A stretch of 64,000 bases of DNA, from NCBI GenBank assembly GCA_963810625.1, contig CAWEOJ010000002.1, positions 8,177-72,176 on the forward strand, in the 5' to 3' direction. The notes under the pieces are model-generated. The model made no database searches and was not told the DNA's origin. It was given only the letters and a program-made list of their open reading frames with translations. This DNA is from an uncultured Acidobacteriota bacterium (lineage in GTDB: Bacteria; Acidobacteriota; Terriglobia; Acidiferrales; UBA7541). Below are positions 31,637 through 38,184 of this stretch, in pieces (within the stretch, counting starts at the first letter, position 1; the number at the start of each line of letters is the position of its first letter). The position numbers and the translations under genes were made by a program.

Positions 31637-31852
31637 ATGTCAGAAGATATCGTGTATATCCTTTGGCACACTGATGCATACGATGACGAAAAATTGATCG
31701 GGGTATATCGAACGGAAAAAGATGCTCTCGCAGCCATCGAGCGAGTCAGGCCAAAGCCCGGGTTCTCAGACGAAAGCGGGAAGTTCGAATGCGCAAAGTA
31801 CGAGTTAAACCAAGACCACTGGATCGAGGGATTTGGCCACCCTGAAGACTAG
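31637..31852 (+). CDS. small cytoplasmic immunity-like protein
   Basis: ATG 31637 preceded by GGGGAGGGG. MSEDIVYILWHTDAYDDEKLIGVYRTEKDALAAIERVRPKPGF...WIEGF sits directly after the toxin remnant. Confidence 0.6.
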   Translation: MSEDIVYILWHTDAYDDEKLIGVYRTEKDALAAIERVRPKPGFSDESGKFECAKYELNQDHWIEGFGHPED

Positions 31853-32193
31853 AATGTCAATGGGATGATTAGATGACGTTGTCGGCCCCTTCCAGGCGAG
31901 TAGACTTGGCAGCGGTAGCCGACCAAGGCTCGGAAGAAACGAGCCGAGCCCGGCGGGTGGCGCACCTTGTTTTTCTCGCCCAAAGGAGGCACGAACCTCC
32001 GGACCGCACCTCAAGTCACTTAACGGCTCAACGAAAAACCTCTGGGTGCCGCACCCTTTGCTGTCTAAGGGTGCGGGGTTCCTCCTACCGAACTAACACC
32101 GCGCACCCTTCGCCCGCCTGCCGCGTGCAGGCAACACCGGCGAAGAGTGCGGCACCCCCTGAAGTTTCCGTCGATCCCTAGCCGAGATTTGGT

Positions 32194-33579
32194 GTGATAT
32201 TATCCGCCTGCGCCCTTAGGTCAAGTCAGGGAAACTACGCAATGCCCAAGGATCGGCCACCCGCCTTTTCCCAATCCGTGACCTCGACGAACCAAGTCTC
32301 CGGCTTCACCTACGACGTTGCGGGCAACCTCGCGGGCATTCCGGGCGGAGGCAGTTACACGTACGATGCTGAGAACCATCTCACCTCCGCGGCGGGCGTG
32401 GCCTACACCTACGATGGCGATGGCGAGCGCGTCGAGAAGTCCAACGGTGAAATTTACTGGTACACTTCGGGCGGCGAAGTGCTCGACGAGACGGACTTGA
32501 GCGGCAACCTGACGAGCGAATATATTTTCTTTGGCGGCGCGCGCATCGCGCGGCGGGACGGCTCGGGCAATGTGTTCTACTATTTGACGGACCATCTCGG
32601 CTCCTCGCGCGAAATCGTCGAGGCCGGCCAGACGACCGCCTGTTATGATGCGGACTTCTATCCGTTCGGCGGCGAGCGCGCCTACACCAACACCTGCCAG
32701 CAGAACTACAAGTTCACGGGCAAGGAGCGCGATCCGGAGAGCGGCCTGGACGATTTCGAGGCCCGCTACTACGGTTCCAGCATCGCGAGATTCACGTCGC
32801 CGGACGATCCGTTCGTGGGCTGGCAGTTGAACGATCCCCAGTCGCTCAACCTCTACGCCTACGTCCAGGACAATCCCATCAACGACGTCGACCCCACCGG
32901 GCACTGCCTAATCGTGAATGGCGGGAGCGTCATGCAATGCGGGTTCTCCGAGCTTGAGGCAGCTATGAACACGATGACCATAGAGGGTTGGAACTATACG
33001 GGCATCGGCGTCCCCGCCCCCGACACCACCGGCATCGCCGCGACCAACAACATCCAAGCCGCTGAGCAGCAGCACGTCGGCAACGTCGCGGCAACCATAG
33101 GTGCGATGGAGGTCCAAAAGCAACTCCAGAAGATGTCCCTGAGTTCCAAGGGACTGGACTTCATTAAGCGACACGAGGGCTTCAGCAGTAAAACGTATAA
33201 GGATAGTGCGGGAAACGACACGATCGGCTATGGTCATCTGATTAACAAGAAGACCGAGAACTTCGACAAGGGAATCACCGAAAAAGATGCGGCCGCGCTC
33301 CTGCAACAAGACGCGAATACGGCCGTTGGCGCGGTGAATAGCGATCTCAAAGTCGAGGTGTCCCAGACGCAGTTTGACGCCTTGGTCGACTTCACATACA
33401 ACGAAGGTGCGGGAGCTTTCGGGAAGTCGACCCTATTGTCGAACATCAACGGTGGCAAGGACGTAACAGAAAACAACTTCACCGATTGGAGTCGCGCTGG
33501 CAAAGACCCCGGGGCGCTAACGACGCGGCGGACCGACGAGTATAATCTCTACTCCAAAGGAGAGTATGGTGGCCCGTGA
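32194..33579 (+). CDS. Rhs-core C-terminal fragment fused to a GH24 (T4-type) lysozyme toxin domain; lacks the Rhs shell (orphan cassette 1)
   Basis: YD repeats (FTYDVAGNL, YTYDAENHL, YTYDGDGERV), core end YKFTGKERDPESGLD...NPINDVDPTGH, then LDFIKRHEGFSSKTYKDSAGNDTIGYGHLI (T4L Glu/Asp/Thr pattern). In-frame TAG at 32179-32181, so only 461 aa. Start (GTG 32194 or ATG 32242) is doubtful. Confidence 0.8.
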   Translation: MILSACALRSSQGNYAMPKDRPPAFSQSVTSTNQVSGFTYDVAGNLAGIPGGGSYTYDAENHLTSAAGVAYTYDGDGERVEKSNGEIYWYTSGGEVLDETDLSGNLTSEYIFFGGARIARRDGSGNVFYYLTDHLGSSREIVEAGQTTACYDADFYPFGGERAYTNTCQQNYKFTGKERDPESGLDDFEARYYGSSIARFTSPDDPFVGWQLNDPQSLNLYAYVQDNPINDVDPTGHCLIVNGGSVMQCGFSELEAAMNTMTIEGWNYTGIGVPAPDTTGIAATNNIQAAEQQHVGNVAATIGAMEVQKQLQKMSLSSKGLDFIKRHEGFSSKTYKDSAGNDTIGYGHLINKKTENFDKGITEKDAAALLQQDANTAVGAVNSDLKVEVSQTQFDALVDFTYNEGAGAFGKSTLLSNINGGKDVTENNFTDWSRAGKDPGALTTRRTDEYNLYSKGEYGGP

Positions 33580-33645
33580 GTCTGACGGGTTTCCCGATGT
33601 TTACCTGCCTCGGCGAGGGGACTTCAAGGGGAGGGAAGAACTCCG

Positions 33646-34050
33646 ATGAGATATGGATATTTTGCAATCATGCTTTTTGTCGCTTCACTGCCGGCTTTTG
33701 CTCAAGATTCTGCACAGTATCGCGCGTGCAACGAGAAAGCAAAGACTCAAACAGAGATGAGCGCTTGTGCTAGTAACGAAGCGGCGCGCGCCGATAGCGA
33801 GCTGAATGGGGTCTATCGAAAACTGCTGTCACAGGCCGCGAGCCAACCCGAAGCCGTCGCGAAGATCAAAGCTTCTGAAAGAGCTTGGGTCAGCTACCGG
33901 GACGCGTACATGGACGCGATGTATCCGGCAAAGGACAAGCAGGCCGAGTACGGTTCCATTTATCCTATGGAAGCTGACCTGCTCCGCGCAAAGCTAACCG
34001 AGCAACAAGTGGCGGCACTCAAGGACCTACAGGCACAATACGCCAATTGA
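33646..34050 (+). CDS. LprI/DUF1311-family periplasmic protein (putative lysozyme-inhibitor immunity protein)
   Basis: Signal peptide MRYGYFAIMLFVASLPAFAQ. YRACNEKAKTQTEMSACASNEAARADSELNGVYRKLL...SERAWVSYRDAYMDAMYP matches the DUF1311 pattern. Confidence 0.75.
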   Translation: MRYGYFAIMLFVASLPAFAQDSAQYRACNEKAKTQTEMSACASNEAARADSELNGVYRKLLSQAASQPEAVAKIKASERAWVSYRDAYMDAMYPAKDKQAEYGSIYPMEADLLRAKLTEQQVAALKDLQAQYAN

Positions 34051-34089
34051 GTAAGGTGGCGTGGACCGGAGCGAAGGGGGGCATGGTTC

Positions 34090-35094
34090 TTGCTCGGCTC
34101 GTCGCACGAGATTGTCGAGGCGGGGCAGACGACTCCATGCGGAGCCTGTCCTGAGCGGAGCCGAAGGAACACCGACTTCTACCCGTTCGGCAGCGAGCAC
34201 GCCTACACCAACTCCTGCCAGCAGAACTACAAATTCACCGGCAAGGAGCGCGACCCCGAATCCGGCCTCGACAATTTCGAGGCCCGCTACTACGGCTCAA
34301 GCATCGGAAGATTCACATCGCCCGACGATCCCTTCGTCGGCTGGCAGTTGAACGATCCCCAGTCGCTCAACCTCTACGCCTACGTTCAGGACAATCCCAT
34401 CAACGACGTCGACCCGACGGGGCACTGCCTAATCGTGAATGGCGGGAGCGTCATGCAATGCGGGTTCTCCGAGCTTGAGGCAGCTATGAACACGATGACC
34501 ATAGAGGGTTGGAACTATACGGGCATCGGCGTCCCCGCCCCCGACACTGTCGGCATGGCCCGGTTCAATGGAATTGCATTTGCGTTCGGAATAGCGCCGA
34601 AGACGCCAAAGCCGCCGCCCACGCCGCCCCCAACGGTACCGTCATGCACGAACGATCCCTCATGCTACCCCGTCAATCGCGCCGCGGGGGTACTGCCAGC
34701 CCCGCCGCCGCAAACTCCAAAGAAGCCGCAAACGCAGCGACCGCAGACGCCCCGAAATAACCACTGCCTGGCCAGGGCAACGGGCAGTGCCGTCCTTCAT
34801 GGAGCCATCGATGCGCTTGGCATGGTTCCCCTCCTGGGCGAATTTTCGGGCCCTGTGAGTGCCACGCTAAGCGCGCTGACTAACAACTATAGCGATAAGA
34901 CAGGCACCGAGCTTACAGGCGGAGGCATCGCACTTTCGTCGACCGAAACGGCTCTCAAGGCAATCGGGACCACCAGCAAGGCCGCAGAGGCCATTCCGAT
35001 TGCGGGTACAATTTTCGGTGCCTTTTCTCTGGTTTACGACGGGTACGCTGCAGATAAGCAATACAACGCATGTGTGGCAGGGGGAAGGCCATGA
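34090..35094 (+). CDS. Rhs-core 3' fragment fused to an unknown Pro-rich/Gly-rich C-terminal toxin domain (orphan cassette 2)
   Basis: Homology to cassette 1 starts at LGSSHEIVEAGQTT with only a TTG start. Shared ...DPTGHCLIVNGGSVMQCGFSELEAAMNTMTIEGWNYTGIGVPAPDT, then a unique tail ending GGGIALSSTETALKAIGTTSKAAEAIPIAGTIFGAFSLVYDGY. Confidence 0.7.
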   Translation: MLGSSHEIVEAGQTTPCGACPERSRRNTDFYPFGSEHAYTNSCQQNYKFTGKERDPESGLDNFEARYYGSSIGRFTSPDDPFVGWQLNDPQSLNLYAYVQDNPINDVDPTGHCLIVNGGSVMQCGFSELEAAMNTMTIEGWNYTGIGVPAPDTVGMARFNGIAFAFGIAPKTPKPPPTPPPTVPSCTNDPSCYPVNRAAGVLPAPPPQTPKKPQTQRPQTPRNNHCLARATGSAVLHGAIDALGMVPLLGEFSGPVSATLSALTNNYSDKTGTELTGGGIALSSTETALKAIGTTSKAAEAIPIAGTIFGAFSLVYDGYAADKQYNACVAGGRP

Positions 35095-35453
35095 CGCGGC
35101 AGAAGCAGCTAATTATCTGGGGCGTAGCTGCAGGGCTTGCAGCATGCGTTCTTCTGCCGTTGTTTGACCGTATAGGACAACTCGAGCTTGCAATTCCTAC
35201 CTTCGCTGGGGCGGCGGTTATAATTGCAGTAATCAAGGTGAATTGGGAATTGCGTGGGCGCGTGTGGTTTTGGGTCACAATGGCCATCATCACAGGTCTG
35301 CACGTGCTGCTCATCCTTCACGTTCCCTGGCACAAAGGCTGGGTTCCCGCCCCTGTGACGTTTGCCTTCTGCATCGTGGACATACTGATCATCCTTGGCA
35401 TCCTCAACGTCATCGGAAGGCTCTTCAATGGCGAAACGAAGACTTCGACGTAA
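35091..35453 (+). CDS. multi-TM membrane protein, putative immunity protein of cassette 2
   Basis: ATG 35091 overlaps the toxin stop (ATGA). MTRQKQLIIWGVAAGLAACVLLPLF... has 3-4 hydrophobic helices. Confidence 0.65.
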   Translation: MTRQKQLIIWGVAAGLAACVLLPLFDRIGQLELAIPTFAGAAVIIAVIKVNWELRGRVWFWVTMAIITGLHVLLILHVPWHKGWVPAPVTFAFCIVDILIILGILNVIGRLFNGETKTST

Positions 35454-35456
35454 CCC

Positions 35457-35786
35457 GGGTGGCGCAGCCTTCGATACGATTCGAGTGAAGGGTTAGTTCC
35501 TCCGCGGGACCCCACTCTTCCCCGGTTCTGCCTGCCCGCCGCAGGCTTGCCCTGACGAGGGAAGGGAGAGGGAAGGGTGCGTGGGTTTCGCCCGTGCGTT
35601 CCCTCGGAAGGCAATCGACCGGCTCGCCGATTCGACTTCCGCGCCTTTTGCGTCCCGATGCCTCATATCGGGACGTGCCGCTCCAGCAAACGGCCCCTTG
35701 AAAAAATTGTTTCACGTGAAACAATTTCTACTCGAAGCAGCCGCACGCGAAAATCCACAGACCCGGTCCCGCAAAACCCGCGCGCA
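35457..35786 (+). repeat. post-cassette repeat module, copy A (contains REP hairpin 35653-35673 and parS 35708-35723)
   Basis: Shares gggtggcgcagccttcga.acgattcgag.gaagg, ccctcggaagg..atc.accggctcgccgattcgacttccg, the parS palindrome and cccggtcccgcaaaac.cgcgcgca with 37796-38036. Confidence 0.8.
35708..35723. promoter_or_regulatory. perfect consensus parS (ParB-binding) palindrome TGTTTCACGTGAAACA
   Basis: Exact 16/16 match to the canonical parS. The palindrome extends to 24 bp (35704-35727). Confidence 0.6.
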
Positions 35787-35850
35787 TCTTGGTCCGTGTC
35801 AGGGCATGGCTTCAGCCGTGCCATAAACAAACGCGCACAGCGCCTACCGC

Positions 35851-36477
35851 TTGCCGGGCCTGCCCGCCGTGGCGGGCCTTTTCTTTTTCCGGCGGCTTCA
35901 GCCGCCGTCCGGCAACTCTTCGCCCTGCTCCTGCGACCATGGGCTGACGCACAAAACGAAGTCCAATGGCGAAATTTATTGGCTCGCCCTGAGCGAAGCC
36001 GAAGGGTACACTTCGGGCGGCGAAGTGCTCGACGAGACGGACTTGAGCGGCAACCTCACCAGCGAGTATATTTTCTTCGGCGGCGCGCGCATCGCCCGTC
36101 GCGACGCTTCCGGCAACGTCTTCTACTACCTCGCCGATCATCTCGGCTCCTCGCGCGTCATGGCCGAAATCCCGTCAGGACAAACCACCGCCACGCTCTG
36201 TTATGACGCGGACTTCTATCCCTTTGGCGGCGAGCGCGCCTACACCAACTCCTGCCAGCAGAACTACAAATTCACCGGCAAGGAGCGCGACCCCGAATCC
36301 GGCCTCGACAATTTCGAGGCCCGCTACTACGGCTCAAGCATCGGGAGATTCACGTCGCCCGACGATCCCTTCGTCGGCTGGCAGTTGAACGATCCCCAGT
36401 CGCTCAACCTCTACGCCTACGTCCAGGATAATCCCATCAACGACGTCGACCCGACAGGGCACATGCACGAATCGTGA
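35851..36477 (+). pseudogene. Rhs-core 3' fragment (orphan cassette 3), uncoupled from its toxin domain by a 2-nt indel
   Basis: Homology to cassette 1 starts at KSNGEIYW (~35950). Ends ...NPINDVDPTGHMHES* where cassettes 1/2 read DPTGHCLIVNGG (cacatgcacgaatcgtgaacgg vs cactgcctaatcgtgaatgg). Confidence 0.7.
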
Positions 36478-37112
36478 ACGGCGGGAGCGTCATGCAATGC
36501 GGGTTCTCCGAGCTTGAGGCAGCTATGAACACGATGACCATAGAGGGTTGGAACTATACGGGCATCGGCGTCCCCGCCCCCGACACCACCGGCATCGGCC
36601 GGGCCAACAACCTCGAATCCGCGGAGCAGCAGCACCTCGGCAACGTCGCGGAGACCATAGGGTTGATGGCAGTCCAGAAGGCGCAAGATCAGAAGCCAGC
36701 ATACGATCCATCGAAGACTGGTCCTGAGGACCCCACGAATCCAGGGAAGCCGCTCTACCAGAACCCGATAGTGAAGAAGGCTTCCGACGACGCTTTTACG
36801 AATACGACGAAAATCGGCACCGCCCGCAATGGGCAAGCTGAGGCAGGCTTTTCCATCGATTACATTGAAGGGAAAATTGTGATCACCCACCAGGTAGATT
36901 CGGTCAATAGTACCAACTATGCTGACGAAGTCCCCTTAACAATAGACCCGCACACGATAGCGGTGGAGCATACGCACGGAAACAGCAGGGGCGAGACTCC
37001 CTCGGACGCAGACATCAAGAATTTCCCAGTTCCAAACTTCGTAAGGTCACTACGTGCGCTGTACGTGACAGTTCCTGCCACACAAACATACATCAAACTG
37101 CCATCGCACTGA
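36474..37112 (+). CDS. toxin C-terminal domain of cassette 3, JAB/MPN-like metallopeptidase motif; possible independent GTG start overlapping the upstream TGA (GTGA)
   Basis: NGGSVMQCGFSELEAAMNTMTIEGWNYTGIGVPAPDT is shared with cassettes 1/2. Unique tail has EHTHGNSRGETPSDAD (36966-37013), resembling JAMM/RadC HxH-x7/8-S-xx-D. Confidence 0.55.
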   Translation: MNGGSVMQCGFSELEAAMNTMTIEGWNYTGIGVPAPDTTGIGRANNLESAEQQHLGNVAETIGLMAVQKAQDQKPAYDPSKTGPEDPTNPGKPLYQNPIVKKASDDAFTNTTKIGTARNGQAEAGFSIDYIEGKIVITHQVDSVNSTNYADEVPLTIDPHTIAVEHTHGNSRGETPSDADIKNFPVPNFVRSLRALYVTVPATQTYIKLPSH

Positions 37113-37123
37113 GGGGGGACGCG

Positions 37124-37783
37124 ATGATTTATCGAATGGCCGTAACCTGGGCGTTGTTCTCATGCGTTTTTTTCGCTGCGCCAGCGAGCGCTCAACCGGG
37201 AAACCGTTACTTGGACATGAAGGCTCGCGTTCTCGACATCCTTTTCCCGTTGGACGTTACGCCGAGGCCTTATTTCCAGAAAATGGTTTTGCGCTTTAGC
37301 GATTCGGACACGCAACTCGTGGTGGTCGCCTACCCAGACAAGGATAAATACTGGGTTAGAAGATGTGAGATCACTCAATATGCCCTAGAGGGCATGGGGA
37401 AAGGCGAACTCTCCCAGCTCATCTCCAAGACAGTTGCCGAAAACCCGAATGTGACGGAGCAACAAATTGTAGCCAAGCTGAAGGTGAGTGTTACCAGATC
37501 TTCCTTCCCTCTCGAAGCGTTCTATCGCGGTCTCAATGAGCTCAAAGCTATCCGTATCTCGCCCGTCTTATCAGACCAAATTGTCGCGGATGACGACAGA
37601 GAATACGAGTTCTGGTACGACAACTGGAATGAGTCTGTCCATTACGCAATTCCCGGCCCGTTCGGAAAGAATCCCCAGGATCAGTTGGGGAGGTGGATGG
37701 CGAGGTTTAGGGATAGCCTTCCCAACCAGTTAAAGGCTAGCTCGGACCCAAATTCCGGGAAGTCGGCTCGCGAGGAAAAATGA
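37124..37783 (+). CDS. secreted protein, putative immunity protein of cassette 3
   Basis: Signal peptide MIYRMAVTWALFSCVFFAAPASAQ; starts 12 nt after the toxin stop. Confidence 0.6.
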   Translation: MIYRMAVTWALFSCVFFAAPASAQPGNRYLDMKARVLDILFPLDVTPRPYFQKMVLRFSDSDTQLVVVAYPDKDKYWVRRCEITQYALEGMGKGELSQLISKTVAENPNVTEQQIVAKLKVSVTRSSFPLEAFYRGLNELKAIRISPVLSDQIVADDDREYEFWYDNWNESVHYAIPGPFGKNPQDQLGRWMARFRDSLPNQLKASSDPNSGKSAREEK

Positions 37784-37795
37784 TTGTGAGGAGGC

Positions 37796-38036
37796 GGGTG
37801 GCGCAGCCTTCGACACGATTCGAGCGAAGGGCGTAGCTCTTCCGGCGCGCGCTTTCTACGCCCTGTTTACCCTGACGGAGGAAGGGAGCGGGGGGAGACC
37901 GCGCGCTCCCTCGGAAGGTGATCAACCGGCTCGCCGATTCGACTTCCGTGCCGGCCCGACAAACGGGCCCTCGAAAAATGTTTCACGTGAAACAATTCCA
38001 ATCTAAGCACCCCCGGTCCCGCAAAACTCGCGCGCA
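37796..38036 (+). repeat. post-cassette repeat module, copy B (contains parS 37979-37994)
   Basis: Collinear with 35457-35786, with internal deletions. Confidence 0.8.
37979..37994. promoter_or_regulatory. perfect consensus parS palindrome TGTTTCACGTGAAACA (second copy)
   Basis: Exact 16/16 match, 2271 bp from the first copy. Confidence 0.6.
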
Positions 38037-38184
38037 AATAAGGGCATTTAAGCCCTCAATTCGCGTCTTTTTCCGCACTTTAAGGGCATTTTAAGCCCTT
38101 AAATTACTCGAACCATTCGAGCATTTTGCTTCAAGGACTTTGCTGCAGTTGCTGCGGATTTCCCGAGGCCCAAATCGAAGAATT

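Noticed and set aside
35457-35495. tRNA-like 3' fragment (att site) at the start of the post-cassette module (ggtggcgcagccttcgatacgattcgag)
   Set aside because: The tcgaatc string resembles a T-loop on the reverse strand, but no 5-bp T-stem or 7-bp acceptor pairing can be drawn. No integrase is present.
38041-38101. Rho-independent terminator for korAB (AGGGCatttaaGCCCT and TTAAGGGCattttaaGCCCTTAA hairpins)
   Set aside because: The hairpins are real, but in the minus-strand (korB) direction they are not followed by a U-tract. Similar ttaagggc strings recur at 61521-61580, so they are more likely repeat units. Left unannotated.
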